Positions 40,612 to 52,357 are shown, numbered from the stretch's first letter. The stretch is DNA of 64,000 bases from Nitrospirales bacterium (GCA_963422365.1 OY729426.1:128001-192000), one strand, 5' to 3'. Translations and numbers: made by a program. The notes: generated by a model from the letters alone, not told the origin.

Positions 40612-42006
40612 ATGCCAGTTCTTGAACAGTCCCACACGGCACCATCCTCTCTTCTCCACCGTCTGACATCCGTTCAATTGTTGCCCGGTCAGATCGTTGC
40701 ATTAGCCGCTGCCGCTCTGATTTTCATCGGTGCAGCCCTCCTCATGCTCCCATTCGCCACCCCGGAGGGAGTGGAATTACGGTTTCTCGACGCCTTGTTT
40801 ACCGCAACCTCTGCCGTTTGCGTGACCGGGTTGATTGTGATGGATACGCCTCATGAATTCACCACCTTTGGGCAACTAATCATTGCCCTGCTCATTCAAA
40901 TCGGCGGACTGGGATATGCCTTGCTGGCGACTTTCATTCTGCTGGCCTTAGGACATCGCATTGGATTACGCGATCGGATGATGCTGGCTGAAACCTTAAG
41001 CACGTTTGATATGGCTGGATCGATTCGCTATGTCAAAATTGTGGCCATCGCCACCGTGTCTGTAGAAGGATTGGGGTTTCTCTTTCTCGCCTTACGTTTT
41101 TCACAAGACATGTCATGGGGGGAAGCCCTCTACTCAGGGGCATTTCATTCCATCTCCGCCTTTAATAACGCGGGCTTTTCCTTGTTTTCCGATAGTCTCA
41201 TTTCCTATCAAGCCGACCTGTCCATCAATAGCATCGTGACGATCTTGGTCCTTTGGGGAAGCATTGGATTCTTGGTCTTTCAAGACGTGTGGGACAATCT
41301 CAAAGGCACCCGTTTTCGGCTCCAGACGCATACGAAACTCGTGGTCGTGGTCACCCTGATCATTCTTGCGTCAGGCACCGTAGGCATCACCATTCTCGAA
41401 TGGAACAACCCGCAAACGTTGCAACCCTTGAGCATTGGGGAACGCCTGACCGTCGCGCATTTCCACGCGATGTCCCGTACCGCAGGCTTTACGACCATTG
41501 ATATCAGTACGATGAATGACGCCACCCTGTATTTTCTGCTGCTCTTGATGACCATTGGCGGATCACCCGGCAGCATGTCTGGCGGCATCAAGACCACGAC
41601 GTTTGCCATTATATGGCTCACGATCTGGGCAGTGCTTCGACGCCGACACGATGTCGAAATCTTTCACCGGAGGATCCCCAAAGAGTTGGTGGTACGCGCT
41701 TTTTGTCTTTGCATCTTGGCATTCACTGCCATCACTCTGTTCACCTTAGCCCTCGCCTTTACGGAAGAGCGCCCATTTTTGAGCATCATGTTCGAAGTCA
41801 CATCGGCAATGGGAATCGTCGGCATGTCCCTCGGAGATGGAGAGGGACGAAGTTTCTCCGCCCTGCTCACCGACTTTGGCAAGGTGGTGATCATCGCCTC
41901 TATGCTGATTGGCCGTTTCGGGCCGCTCCTCATTGGACTGTTTGCCATTCACACCACGACCCGGCCCCGGTATCGCTTTCCAGAATCTCGAATCATGATT
42001 GGATAA
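40612..42006 (+). CDS. KtrB/TrkH-family potassium uptake membrane subunit
   Basis: Four filter motifs SAVCVTGL, SAFNNAGF, RTAGF, GIVGMS; GGIKTTT. Confidence 0.92.
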   Translation: MPVLEQSHTAPSSLLHRLTSVQLLPGQIVALAAAALIFIGAALLMLPFATPEGVELRFLDALFTATSAVCVTGLIVMDTPHEFTTFGQLIIALLIQIGGLGYALLATFILLALGHRIGLRDRMMLAETLSTFDMAGSIRYVKIVAIATVSVEGLGFLFLALRFSQDMSWGEALYSGAFHSISAFNNAGFSLFSDSLISYQADLSINSIVTILVLWGSIGFLVFQDVWDNLKGTRFRLQTHTKLVVVVTLIILASGTVGITILEWNNPQTLQPLSIGERLTVAHFHAMSRTAGFTTIDISTMNDATLYFLLLLMTIGGSPGSMSGGIKTTTFAIIWLTIWAVLRRRHDVEIFHRRIPKELVVRAFCLCILAFTAITLFTLALAFTEERPFLSIMFEVTSAMGIVGMSLGDGEGRSFSALLTDFGKVVIIASMLIGRFGPLLIGLFAIHTTTRPRYRFPESRIMIG

Positions 42007-42024
42007 GAAAGACCTGGGGGGCTG

Positions 42025-42315
42025 TTATTTCAGCCGGCGCTGAAGGATCAAAATAAACGCCATGAGGGTGGGCAGCGGGGCGATCAGAAGGGGAACCAGC
42101 CAGACCCACGCATTCTTCCCACGGACGCGTGCTTGGTCAAACATCCAGACAAACACCCATACCACCAGCAAGCAATAGTTCACCCCAGACCAGTGCGTGA
42201 TGCGCGTGGCGAGATCACTGCTGCTCCCATTTGTCGCGGTACTCCAAAACACAATTTCCAAGACGCCAAACATCACCAATAATGTGATGACAATCTGTTT
42301 ATTCCACACATACAT
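42025..42315 (-). CDS. Small membrane protein (3 TM)
   Basis: Hydrophobic 96-aa ORF, SD AAGGAGG upstream. Confidence 0.6.
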   Translation of the reverse strand: MYVWNKQIVITLLVMFGVLEIVFWSTATNGSSSDLATRITHWSGVNYCLLVVWVFVWMFDQARVRGKNAWVWLVPLLIAPLPTLMAFILILQRRLK

Positions 42316-42726
42316 AATTCACGGCCTCCTTTGTGAGAGAGAGCATGTTTCGGATTCGATGGTGGATCGAAGCGTCCCCCTTTTGGGGAATCAGCAGAAT
42401 AGTATGGATATCGGCAAAAAGCGAGATTCAAAGGCGATACAATGTCAAATTCTTCAATTTTTTCCCTATCCCTCTTGAGCAGATTCGAGCAGGACAGCCA
42501 ATGCGTTCCGAGTGATGGCTTCTTCGCCGAACGGACAACGCGTCGTCAAGAAAATCTGACGTCCATCTCCATCGGTCTGGATTCCAGGGCCATCCTGTTG
42601 ATGAGAAGAAAGATTCTCTTTCCCGCCCTGTGGATAACCAAAAAATCCTCGTTCCAACGCTTTGAATTACAATAGCTTTATGTGTTCCCAGGCTATCCAC
42701 CTGTATCCCCAGTTTTGAGACAAAAA

Positions 42727-42774
42727 ACACAATATTTAGTATTGACAATTCATTTTTGACTCTATAAATTGTGT
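42727..42774 (+). promoter_or_regulatory. Tandem NrdR boxes overlapping a sigma70-type promoter of nrdJ
   Basis: ACACAATATTTAGTAT (42727) and ACTCTATAAATTGTGT (42759) match acaCwAtATaTwGtgt; TTGACA at 42742, 17 nt spacer, TAAATT at 42765. Confidence 0.8.
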
Positions 42775-42984
42775 CACCTGCAAGAAACAGGCTCTAGAGT
42801 AAAAACCATTGAATTTCCGCTCCAGGCGCAAAAATTGAACCGTCATGTGTTAGATTACGCTATGTCTCACAACTCGCGCATGTTTGATCGAATCGACATG
42901 AACTCGGCCTATGGGCCTCATGCTGATCGGACTTCGGGTGCGCATGGCGCATGAAGTGGATTGCCGAATTAAAGGACAAGTGCT

Positions 42985-45900
42985 GTGAAAATTGACCGTC
43001 GGTTTACCCGAGCCGGAGAAACGCCCTACAAGGACATTCCTTTTTCCACACGCTCTTCGGCAATCAAGAATCCAGACGGCTCCGTGGTGTTCCAGCTTGA
43101 TGACATTCAGGTTCCCAATCAATGGTCCCAACTGGCTGTGGACATTCTAGCGCAAAAATATTTCCGAAAAGCCGGAGTACCGCAACGCGACGCCAATGGG
43201 GAACCTGTCAACGATGATCAGGGGAACCCCGTTGTGGGTGGCGAACGTGATGCACGGCAAGTGTTTCATCGACTGGCAGGATGCTGGACTCAGTGGGGCA
43301 AGACCCATGGGTATTTCGATACTGACCAGGATTCCCAGGCCTTTTATGCTGAACTGTGTTTTATGCTGGCCAAACAAATGGCCGCACCCAATTCTCCCCA
43401 GTGGTTTAATACAGGCCTCCATTATGCGTACGATATTAGCGGCCCTTCTCAAGGTCATTATTTTGTCGATCCCCAAACCCAGAAACTCAACCGATCCCAG
43501 AATGCCTACGAACGCCCACAAGTTCATGCCTGTTTTATCCAATCCGTTAATGACGACCTCGTAAACGAGGGAGGGATTATGGAGTTGTGGGTCCGGGAAG
43601 CCCTATTATTCAAATACGGATCAGGGACCGGGACCAACTTTTCCAAGCTTCGGGGAGAGGACGAGCCGTTATCGGGTGGGGGGAAATCCTCTGGTCTTAT
43701 GTCCTTCCTCAGAATCGGAGACCGTGCGGCAGGCGCAATCAAATCGGGCGGCACCACCAGACGGGCCGCCAAAATGGTCTGTTTGGATTTGGACCATCCT
43801 GATATTGAAGCCTTCATTGACTGGAAGGTGATCGAAGAGCAAAAGGTGGCCGCCATGGTTACCGGATCCAAAATATGCGCCCAACAGTTGAACGCGATCC
43901 TGAAAGCCTGTCATCAAAAAAACACCGAAGGTCTTGATACGGTCGAACTTAACCCCGAACGAAACCATGGGCTCAAAGAAGCCATCCACTCGGCTCGTCA
44001 ATTAGGCGTTCACGAAGCCTACATTCAACGAATTTTTGCCTATGCTCAAGAAGGCTATACCCATTTTGTGTTTCATGAATATGATACGAACTGGGATAGC
44101 AAAGCCTATCAAACGGTGTCCGGACAAAACTCCAATAACAGCATTCGAATCCCCAATGAATTTTTTCATGCGTTACAAAAAAAAGGCGAGTGGCATCTCA
44201 CCCGTCGGACGGATGGAGTCGTCACCAACACGCTCAAAGCCAAAGAGCTATGGGACCGAATCTGTTGGGCAGCCTGGATGTGTGCCGACCCCGGCATTCA
44301 GTACGATACCACGATCAATGAATGGCATACGTGCCCGGAAGACGGGCGAATTCATGCCTCCAATCCGTGCAGCGAATACATGTTTTTGGATGATACCGCG
44401 TGTAATTTGGCGTCTCTGAACTTAGGCGCCTTTCTCACGGCAGAGGGTGAATTCGACATCGAAGCGTATCGACACGCCATCCGACTTTGGACCGTCGTCC
44501 TGGAAATTAGCGTGCTCATGGCTGGATTCCCGAGCAAGCCCATTGCTGAGAAAAGTTTTCTCTTTCGAACGTTGGGACTGGGGTATGCCAACCTCGGATC
44601 GCTGCTTATGCGGCTAGGTATTGCCTACGATTCTCCGCAGGCGCTGGCTATCTGCGGAACCCTGACCGCCATTCTGACTGGCGAAGCCTATGCCACCTCT
44701 GCAGAGATGGCGGCAGAACTCGGCCCATTCCCCGGGTTTGCCAAAAACCGCAACCAGATGCTGCGGGTCATGCGAAACCACCGAAGGGCTGCGTATCAGA
44801 CCAAAATTGACGACTATGAAAATCTGACGATTACGCCAAAAGGCATTGACCCAACTTCTGCCCCTGCCGCGCTCTTGCGTGCCGCGCAAGAGACCTGGGA
44901 TCGCGTTATCGAATTAGGCGAAGCCCATGGATTCAGAAATGCTCAGACCACGGTGATTGCCCCCACGGGCACCATTGGATTGGTCATGGACTGTGATACC
45001 ACGGGGATCGAACCTGACTTTGCTCTCGTCAAATTCAAGAAATTAGCCGGAGGGGGCTACTTCAAGATTATCAATCAAAGCCTCCCGCCGGCGTTAAAGA
45101 AATTGGGGTATTCCCCAGCACAGATCCATGACATTATCACCTATGCCACAGGAACCCGAACCCTGAAACAAGCGCCGTGCGTGAATCATGAATCGCTTCG
45201 GGCTAAAGGGTATACGCCGGCGATGCTTGATCGCCTGGAATCCACCTTAGATGAGGTATTTGACATCCAATTCGCCTTTAATAAATGGACATTGGGCAAG
45301 GATTTTTGTCAAGACACACTCGGCCTCTCTGACCCCCAACTCACTGATCCTCAGTGTAATATTCTCGACGTGTTGGGGTTTACCCAAGAAGAGATTCTCG
45401 CTGCCAATAATTTTTGCTGCGGGACCATGACCGTGGAAGGGGCTCCTCATCTTCAACCCGAGCACCTTCCGATTTTCGACTGCGCCAATCGGTGCGGCCG
45501 GATCGGGAAACGCTCTATTTCGACGCAGGCGCATATTCGAATGATGGCAGCGGCACAGCCGTTTATCAGTGGCGCAATCAGCAAGACCATCAATATGCCT
45601 TCGGATTCTACCGTCAGGGATGCGGAAGTGGCGTACCTGATGGGGTGGCAGCACATGCTTAAAGCCGTGGCCTTGTATCGAGACGGCTCTAAACTGAGCC
45701 AACCCTTGAAGGCCTCCGTTGACCTGACCGGAAAATCCGAGCTTCACAACGACATCCTGAGGGCGGCCCACCAGGTGACGGAAAGAGTGCTGGTTCGGTA
45801 TCTCGCTAAACGCCGCCCTCTGCCCTCGCGACGCGGAGGGTATACGCAAAAAGCCATGATCGGCGGTCACAAAATCTATCTTCGCACGGGTGAATACGAT

Positions 45901-46518
45901 GATGGAACGCTTGGGGAGATCTTTCTTGATATGCACAAGGAAGGCGCGGCGTTTCGGAGCCTCATGAATTGTTTTGCCATTGCCATTTCGTTAGGACTCC
46001 AACACGGCGTCCCCCTCGAAGAATTTGTCGAGGCCTTCTTGTTCACTCGCTTTGAACCCAATGGCCCGGTCAATCTCAATGATCATATTAAAATATCGAC
46101 TTCCATCATTGATTATATCTTCCGCGAGTTGGCCATTACCTATCTGGGGAAGAAAGAACTCGCCCAGGTGAACCCGGATGACCTTCGTGGGGATTCCGTC
46201 AAACACGACCCCGAATGCACGGATGAGGCACCGGCCGATCCCCGAACCATCACCACGGCCAATATTAGCCCGAAGCTGTTTCCTGCCCGACAGACCACGC
46301 CAGACGACACTACAGGCGGAAATGGCCACGGCAATGGGACGGTCTCACACAAACTGGAAATGAAACGGGAAACGCTCACCTATACCACGGAGATGGATTC
46401 CGTCTACCAGAAAGGCTTTGAAGGCGATCCGTGTCCCAATTGCAAACAGTTCAAATTAGTCCGCAACGGGATGTGCTTGGTCTGCCGAAACTGCGGCGAA
46501 ACCACGGGGTGTTCGTGA
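42985..46518 (+). CDS. nrdJ: Vitamin B12-dependent (class II) ribonucleotide reductase
   Basis: [41 protein letters not shown]-terminal CPNC..CRNC. Confidence 0.95.
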   Translation: MKIDRRFTRAGETPYKDIPFSTRSSAIKNPDGSVVFQLDDIQVPNQWSQLAVDILAQKYFRKAGVPQRDANGEPVNDDQGNPVVGGERDARQVFHRLAGCWTQWGKTHGYFDTDQDSQAFYAELCFMLAKQMAAPNSPQWFNTGLHYAYDISGPSQGHYFVDPQTQKLNRSQNAYERPQVHACFIQSVNDDLVNEGGIMELWVREALLFKYGSGTGTNFSKLRGEDEPLSGGGKSSGLMSFLRIGDRAAGAIKSGGTTRRAAKMVCLDLDHPDIEAFIDWKVIEEQKVAAMVTGSKICAQQLNAILKACHQKNTEGLDTVELNPERNHGLKEAIHSARQLGVHEAYIQRIFAYAQEGYTHFVFHEYDTNWDSKAYQTVSGQNSNNSIRIPNEFFHALQKKGEWHLTRRTDGVVTNTLKAKELWDRICWAAWMCADPGIQYDTTINEWHTCPEDGRIHASNPCSEYMFLDDTACNLASLNLGAFLTAEGEFDIEAYRHAIRLWTVVLEISVLMAGFPSKPIAEKSFLFRTLGLGYANLGSLLMRLGIAYDSPQALAICGTLTAILTGEAYATSAEMAAELGPFPGFAKNRNQMLRVMRNHRRAAYQTKIDDYENLTITPKGIDPTSAPAALLRAAQETWDRVIELGEAHGFRNAQTTVIAPTGTIGLVMDCDTTGIEPDFALVKFKKLAGGGYFKIINQSLPPALKKLGYSPAQIHDIITYATGTRTLKQAPCVNHESLRAKGYTPAMLDRLESTLDEVFDIQFAFNKWTLGKDFCQDTLGLSDPQLTDPQCNILDVLGFTQEEILAANNFCCGTMTVEGAPHLQPEHLPIFDCANRCGRIGKRSISTQAHIRMMAAAQPFISGAISKTINMPSDSTVRDAEVAYLMGWQHMLKAVALYRDGSKLSQPLKASVDLTGKSELHNDILRAAHQVTERVLVRYLAKRRPLPSRRGGYTQKAMIGGHKIYLRTGEYDDGTLGEIFLDMHKEGAAFRSLMNCFAIAISLGLQHGVPLEEFVEAFLFTRFEPNGPVNLNDHIKISTSIIDYIFRELAITYLGKKELAQVNPDDLRGDSVKHDPECTDEAPADPRTITTANISPKLFPARQTTPDDTTGGNGHGNGTVSHKLEMKRETLTYTTEMDSVYQKGFEGDPCPNCKQFKLVRNGMCLVCRNCGETTGCS

Positions 46519-46712
46519 TGGGGACAAAGACAGAATTTTCGTATTGTCAATATTGCAGCAAGCGGTTTCTACTCAAAAAGAAAATTTTCTCCTTCTTTTG
46601 TGACAGAAACATGCCCCTCTTGCAATCGACCGGTTGGTGAATACAATCCTCTAAGTGGGCCAGAAAAAACGTGAATCGCCACTTTTCTGTTTTATAACGG
46701 TGGGCATACAGT

Positions 46713-47615
46713 TCACTCTTTTTTCACATCCATCACGCAACGAAACCCAATGGTCAAATCATTGGCATCAATGGGGAAATTCGGCTCGGCACTTCGTCGG
46801 GCAGTCACTTGCAGCCATTTCGGGGGATCTTCCCACGATCCGCCTCGATAGACTTTCCGCGCTCCTTCTATAGGCCCGGGTGGATTTTTCTCAGGGCTCT
46901 CTTCGTAATACATTCGATCATACCAATCCGCTACCCATTCCGACGCGTTCCCTGCCATGTGGTATAACCCATAAGGACTTTTCGTTCCTTGCTTTAATCC
47001 ATGGCGAATACTCATTCCCGACACTCCACTTATCACGGACGCTAACGTCACATCGTAGCTGACCCATCCCGTTGTCCCAAAGTTATACCGTGCAATATCA
47101 ACAAACGGCTGCATATGCCCCCAGGGATACCGACGACCATCGGTTCCTCGAGCAGCCTTCTCCCATTCGGCTTCAGTCGGCATCCGCTTCTCCGCCCATT
47201 CACAGTAGGCTTTTGCACTTTCCCACGCCATGCCGACAGCCGGGCGATCTCTCGCCTTTTCAAGGGCCGCATAATCATCCCACAGAGGAGGGAACTCGTG
47301 CTTGGTCTCATCGAGAAATTTCTGATACCGCTCCATCGTCACTTCAAATTGATCGATATAATAATTGTCCAACCATACCAGATGCTCGGGACGTTCATTC
47401 CTCGATCCATTATTGGCTCCCATCAGAAATTCCCCCTCAGGGATTTTGATCATCGGAGCCCCATCCTTCCCTATGACCCTTTCAAATTGGGATTCAATCT
47501 GGGGTTCCGATGAAGAAGTTTCGGCGACACCCACGGCTGGTTGCCATCCCAGGACAATCCCCATCACTCCAAGGACAAGGGCCAACCGCGCTCCACGCTC
47601 TTTAGACCAATTCAT
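46713..47615 (-). CDS. Formylglycine-generating enzyme (SUMF1/FGE-sulfatase) domain protein, exported
   Basis: GEFLMG, RMPTEAEWEKAARG, SPYGLYHMAGN, RGGSW, IGFRC. Confidence 0.9.
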   Translation of the reverse strand: MNWSKERGARLALVLGVMGIVLGWQPAVGVAETSSSEPQIESQFERVIGKDGAPMIKIPEGEFLMGANNGSRNERPEHLVWLDNYYIDQFEVTMERYQKFLDETKHEFPPLWDDYAALEKARDRPAVGMAWESAKAYCEWAEKRMPTEAEWEKAARGTDGRRYPWGHMQPFVDIARYNFGTTGWVSYDVTLASVISGVSGMSIRHGLKQGTKSPYGLYHMAGNASEWVADWYDRMYYEESPEKNPPGPIEGARKVYRGGSWEDPPKWLQVTARRSAEPNFPIDANDLTIGFRCVMDVKKE

Positions 47616-47829
47616 GATTATCCTCCATCCACAACCCAATGTCGTTCTATTCTTGAATTCTGTCAGAATACCGGGGAGTGCATGCCCTTCAGAGCTGCTT
47701 CTCCATTCTACAAAGCGAGATCGGGAATCACAACCGATAAAAACCCTATCTTATGGGGATGCTTTCTGTACCTGAATCATGTCCACCATAGAACAGCCGA
47801 TGGACCATGTTTCAGCGGCTGTTCTATGT

Positions 47830-47907
47830 TGGTGTCCCCAACGGGATTTGAACCCGTGTTGCCGGCTTGAAAGGCCGGCGTCCTAGGCCAAGCTAGACGA
47901 TGGGGAC
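47830..47907 (-). tRNA. tRNA-Glu(TTC)
   Basis: GTCCCCATCGTCTAG...CCGGCCT-TTC-AAGCCGG...GGTTCAAATCC...GACACCA. Confidence 0.96.
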
Positions 47908-48012
47908 ACAAAACAAATTATTAGAGAGCAGGAATGGTAACAATGGGGGTCAGACCGAGTCAAACATCCGCATGGGTCGACGACCTTTGGCATTCGGGAC
48001 GGGTTGATGAGA

Positions 48013-48177
48013 TTCCCTCCCCTTTGTAAGAGAAGGCTAGGTTGGGTAGAGCCGCCCAACCAAGGATCCTCGATTCAGACCTCCAGCCAGCGTGGTCTGG
48101 TTCATAACGCAGCTTCTTCGGGGGCAAGGTTTCCAATCCTGCAAACGATCTCCGCCCCCCCCTTACAAAATGGGGAA
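48013..48177. repeat. Degenerate MITE/REP-like element with imperfect inverted ends
   Basis: TCCCCTTTGTAAG ... CTTACAAAATGGGGA. Confidence 0.45.
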
Positions 48178-48213
48178 CAGCGGGTACTGTTCAGGCTCCA
48201 ATTAAAAAGGTAT

Positions 48214-48666
48214 GGGGTGGGTCGATAAGCCGGATTCTGTTCCGTGTCGACTGTCCACACGGTGGTGACCATGTCTCTACAGCTTATGTTACCATACGCT
48301 TCCAGCGACCTACCCGAGAACCTTGGTCGGGCCGACCTTTCCCGAACAGCACTGAATCATCCTCGCAAACGGATTTCCATATGCGAAGCCCATCAGGCCG
48401 TTCAGCACGTCCTCCTATTTGGTCTTGCTCCGGGTGATGCTTACCCTGCCATCCATGTCGCCATGGACGCGGTGGGCTCTTACCCCACCATTTCACCCTT
48501 GCCTCAGCAAGCCATCCAATACTGGACCGATCATCTGAGGCGGTTTGTTTTCTGTGGCGCTCATGTCGGATTCCTCCGCCTGGGCGTTACCCAGCACCCT
48601 GCCCTTTGGAGTCCGGACTTTCCTCTCACCCGTGCGACTCGGTGAGCGGCCACCTGACCCACGCCC
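48214..48666 (-). ncRNA. rnpB: RNase P RNA
   Basis: GAGGAAAGTCCGGACTCC near the 5' end, ACAGAATCCGGCTTAT near the 3' end, terminal P1 pairing GTGGGTC/GACCCAC. Confidence 0.95.
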
Positions 48667-48749
48667 TCATACCCGAGAACTATGATACGCAATGCCTGTC
48701 TTCGAAACAAGAGACTCGAGGAAAACGGAAGGGAGCCGTTCGGATACGG

Positions 48750-49520
48750 TTATCCGTCCCTATGTTCTTGAGCGACGTGTTCTTGGACGCTCAAGCATTC
48801 AGGGACTTCATCAAGGGCTTTTTCATAATACAAAATGCGATGGCAGTAGGGACAGGTTAACAGCTGATCGGCCCGCTTCACACTGGCGACTAACTGGAGG
48901 GGAATTTGCAGTTGACAACCTTGACAGGTTTCACCGTGAACCGTGGCAACGACCACGAGTTGCAAGGAAGATTTGAGTATCAAGTAACGAGTATAGATCC
49001 GTTTTTCCAATGAGGCTACCAAGCGTTCCTTCTCTTGCTCAATCTGTGTGACCTCATCCGTTAGTTTCGCGGATAATGACTCTAGCTCAACCTTTTCTCG
49101 CTCTAAGGTTTCTGCCAAATCCTGAAGAAATTTCTCAACTTCTTCTAATTCTTTCTCTTTATCTTCCGCCCGCTCCATGGCCAGGAGGACTCGTTCTTCC
49201 AGTGCATCCTTTTTCTTATTGGCCAATTCAATTTCAAATAAATGGGCTTGATACTCTTTATTCGTTTTCAACTCGTTTAACCGTGCGCGCATTTTATGGA
49301 CATGACTTTCATGAGCACTTAAGTCTTGTTCACTGCTTCGCCGCTCAGATGCAAGAGTCTCCAACAAGGCCTTCAGGTCTTCCAAGCGCTTCCGAGCCTG
49401 TGTAACCGGTAACTGCACGGCATGAAGGCGTTGAGGAATCTGTTGTCGCTGTTTTTCAAGACCGTGCAGCTTAAGGTCGAACCGTTGAAGTTGCACGAGG
49501 AGGGAAAGTTGAAAATTCAA
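48750..49520 (-). CDS. Coiled-coil protein with C4 zinc ribbon (DUF164-like)
   Basis: LQRFD N-terminus, KTNKEYQA, CQGC...CPYCHRILY. Confidence 0.88.
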   Translation of the reverse strand: MNFQLSLLVQLQRFDLKLHGLEKQRQQIPQRLHAVQLPVTQARKRLEDLKALLETLASERRSSEQDLSAHESHVHKMRARLNELKTNKEYQAHLFEIELANKKKDALEERVLLAMERAEDKEKELEEVEKFLQDLAETLEREKVELESLSAKLTDEVTQIEQEKERLVASLEKRIYTRYLILKSSLQLVVVATVHGETCQGCQLQIPLQLVASVKRADQLLTCPYCHRILYYEKALDEVPECLSVQEHVAQEHRDG

Positions 49521-49600
49521 AAATGCCTCTACGTGTTAGACATGAGTGAGGACCTTCATCATCAGATACCTTAACGCATCCACCATGGAAATAGCAAAAT

Positions 49601-49677
49601 TGGTGGGCCCACCAGGACTTGAACCTGGGACCAACTGATTATGAGTCAGCCGCTCTAACCAACTGAGCTATGGGCCC
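49601..49677 (-). tRNA. tRNA with CAT anticodon, probably tRNA-Ile2
   Basis: GGGCCCATAGCTCAGTTGGTTAGAGC...GACT-CAT-AATC...CCCACCA; paired 1-72 and no GGG/CCC initiator stem. Confidence 0.88.
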
Positions 49678-49784
49678 TGGAGAATGTTGAAAACCCAGCG
49701 ACTTTTTCGTGTATTCGATCAAGGAGGGTACACGCAGAAAAACGGGCCGTTTAAACGCCCTTTTTCATAATTAGCCGTCTTGAT

Positions 49785-51491
49785 TTAAAATCCTTCGGCG
49801 AAACTGCGCAATTTTTTGCTCCGGGTCGGGTGGCGGAGTTTGCGTAAGGCCTTGGCTTCAATCTGCCGGATCCGCTCCCGCGTCACCTCAAAGTCCTGCC
49901 CCACTTCTTCTAACGTGTGATCCGTCGCCTCCCCGATCCCAAACCGCTTCCGCAACACCTGCTCCTCCCGCGGCGTTAACGAGTCCAACGACTGCCCAAT
50001 GTGCCGCTGCAAGTCATACCGCACCGCCGCCTCTAACGGCGACACCGCCTTCTTGTCTTCAATGAAGTCCCCTAAATGACTGTCTTCTTCTTCGCCAATC
50101 GGCGTCTCCAGCGAAATCGGCTCCTTCGCAATCTTCAAAATCTTCCGGACTTTCTCTAACGGCATCTCCATCCGCACCCCAATCTCTTCCGGGGTCGGCT
50201 CTCGCCCCAACTGTTGCACCAAATGCCGCGAGGTCCGTACCAGCTTGTTGATCGTTTCGATCATGTGCACCGGAATCCGGATCGTCCGAGCTTGGTCAGC
50301 AATCGCTCGCGTGATCGCTTGCCGAATCCACCACGTCGCATACGTGCTGAACTTGTACCCCCGCTGGTATTCAAACTTGTCCACGGCTTTCATGAGGCCA
50401 ATGTTGCCTTCCTGGATCAGGTCTAAAAACTGCAACCCCCGATTCGTGTATTTCTTGGCAATACTCACCACTAACCGCAAATTCGCTTCGATTAACTCCG
50501 CTTTCCCCCGCTTCATCTTTTCTTCAGCCCCTTCTAACCCCGCCAGCGCGCAGGTAAACTCGGCGGTCGGTAACCACGTCTCTTCTTGCTCTACCCGCTT
50601 GAGCGTGGCCTGCGCGTCTTGCCGCCTCGTCCCCCCCGGCCGGCCCGGCCCCTCTCTCCTCTCCCGCAACACCCGCTCCGCACTCCGCACCGCCCGGCCC
50701 GCTTCTTTGATCTGCATGACCAACTGCTCTCGCACAGCCGGTTGCAAATGCAACGCCTCCACCCGGGCCACCACCTGCTGCTGCACCGCCTGCACCCGTT
50801 TGGCCCACCGCACGTGCTGCTCAGCCGGGGCCGCCCGCCGCCGCTCATACAGCCGTCCCAGGGTCTTGCCTAACCGCCTCACCTCCTCCAGCCCGATCAG
50901 CGCCTCTTGCCGAAGCCCTTCTTCTTGCGCTTCCGCTAACTCCGGCTCCTCCAGGTCTTCGTCTTCCGCAGGATCACGCACCAGAACCACCTCGCCCACG
51001 CGCACAACTCGCTTCTTCAGTTGCCCCCTCCACCTGTCCAGCCCCTCCCAGGTCATCGGCAGCCCCGCCAGCACCAACGTCATCTCATCTTTGCCTTCCT
51101 CAATCTTCTTCGCTACCTCAATCTCCCCTTCCCGGGTGAGAAGAGAAAAACCAGCCATCGCATTGAGGTATAAACGAACGGGATCGTCAATCCTATTGAC
51201 GGCACCAGGAGTCAAATCAATTTCTTTTTCAGAATCCGGTAACGCTTCACCAAGGTCATTGACTGGCGTCACATCGACAGGCTCCGTCTTTAATTGGGAA
51301 TTGGGGTCTTCATTGTGAAAGGTGACCGTATCCTCGACGGTTTCTTCTTCACGCCCGGCAAACAAGGCAGAAAACTGTTCGGAAGAGCCCTTCTCTCCAG
51401 GCAAGGGCTCTCTCATCACTTCGAAATTCATTTGTTCTTTCTCCACACCGCTTATCGGTTTAATATTTCGGAGACCACTGTTTTTCGGCAT
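49785..51491 (-). CDS. rpoD: RpoD-type sigma70 factor without a recognisable region 1.1
   Basis: [63 protein letters not shown]. Confidence 0.9.
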   Translation of the reverse strand: MPKNSGLRNIKPISGVEKEQMNFEVMREPLPGEKGSSEQFSALFAGREEETVEDTVTFHNEDPNSQLKTEPVDVTPVNDLGEALPDSEKEIDLTPGAVNRIDDPVRLYLNAMAGFSLLTREGEIEVAKKIEEGKDEMTLVLAGLPMTWEGLDRWRGQLKKRVVRVGEVVLVRDPAEDEDLEEPELAEAQEEGLRQEALIGLEEVRRLGKTLGRLYERRRAAPAEQHVRWAKRVQAVQQQVVARVEALHLQPAVREQLVMQIKEAGRAVRSAERVLRERREGPGRPGGTRRQDAQATLKRVEQEETWLPTAEFTCALAGLEGAEEKMKRGKAELIEANLRLVVSIAKKYTNRGLQFLDLIQEGNIGLMKAVDKFEYQRGYKFSTYATWWIRQAITRAIADQARTIRIPVHMIETINKLVRTSRHLVQQLGREPTPEEIGVRMEMPLEKVRKILKIAKEPISLETPIGEEEDSHLGDFIEDKKAVSPLEAAVRYDLQRHIGQSLDSLTPREEQVLRKRFGIGEATDHTLEEVGQDFEVTRERIRQIEAKALRKLRHPTRSKKLRSFAEGF

Positions 51492-51771
51492 CTCTTCTTC
51501 CTCTTCCACTCTTTTGCAATGAATAATGACTGCAGACCTCGTTGCAGAAGGCTCAGGTATGACGAAACTCCCCAATCCCTAACACGAAGCGCATGAAGGT
51601 CTGATGCGCGTTAGCGCATCAGACCTTTCTTCGAGAATCTATCAAAGGATAGATCGTGTAAAAAGCCAAATGACTCTATCGTATTCAAAAGGAAATGACT
51701 AGTGCAAGAAACACAACCAAACGAGAGACAGGCACTCAACACCCATTTTTATCGGGTTCTCTTGTCTCTCT

Positions 51772-52239
51772 TCAATCACTCGGCGGTTCAAAATGACCGG
51801 AAGGACGATTCTGCCAGGGAACAGTCGCCATCTTGGCCTGCTTGAGGAGACTGCGAAGATTGACTTCGGCCGCACGGAGGAGTTTGGGTTCACCATGGCG
51901 AAGCAAGGCCGTGAGGAGCACGTACAAATCCCGCTCGGTCTGATTCCCTTGGAGAATCCGCTCGGTCACGGGATCAGGAGAATCACAGTTCGGAGAGAGG
52001 GAGCCTTCTCCATCAGGATCTCCCAATAATAAGTCGATAGCCTGAGGGGAGCTATACAACCAGGATGGAGGAAGCGCGAGCGCCTTGGCCAATGCCTCCA
52101 CCGTTGAGACAGAGGGGTCCGTCTCTCCAGCTTCAATCGCTTCAATCGCGGAGCCCTCAACACCGGACTCAGCGGACAACTGGACGATAGAGCACCGTCG
52201 AGCCTTCCGCCACGTTTGCAATGATTGGTCAAGAGGCAT
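51772..52239 (-). CDS. XRE-family HTH regulator
   Basis: WRKARR.S..QLS.ESGV....IEAGE.DPSVST..ALAKAL. Confidence 0.8.
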   Translation of the reverse strand: MPLDQSLQTWRKARRCSIVQLSAESGVEGSAIEAIEAGETDPSVSTVEALAKALALPPSWLYSSPQAIDLLLGDPDGEGSLSPNCDSPDPVTERILQGNQTERDLYVLLTALLRHGEPKLLRAAEVNLRSLLKQAKMATVPWQNRPSGHFEPPSD

Positions 52240-52357
52240 GTTCGTGCATCATAGCGAAGAAGGGCATTGATGTCTATCGTATGTGACGAAACCTGCAGGC
52301 CATGAAAAGAATGGAAAAGCCCATGCCTCGTCAGGATGTCTAAGCTCTCAGTACCCT

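Noticed and set aside
42629..42711. Replication origin
   Set aside because: Only one perfect DnaA box and no dnaA/dnaN neighbourhood. Better explained as nrdJ regulation.
42985..46518. Intein or intron in nrdJ
   Set aside because: Continuous ORF with RNR motifs in order; no intein termini or homing endonuclease motifs seen.
36554..49677. tRNA genes as integration sites
   Set aside because: I found no duplicated tRNA 3' ends or adjacent integrase.
50245..51318. 357-aa plus-strand ORF antisense to rpoD
   Set aside because: Shadow ORF with Ser/Arg/Cys-rich composition and no recognisable motif.
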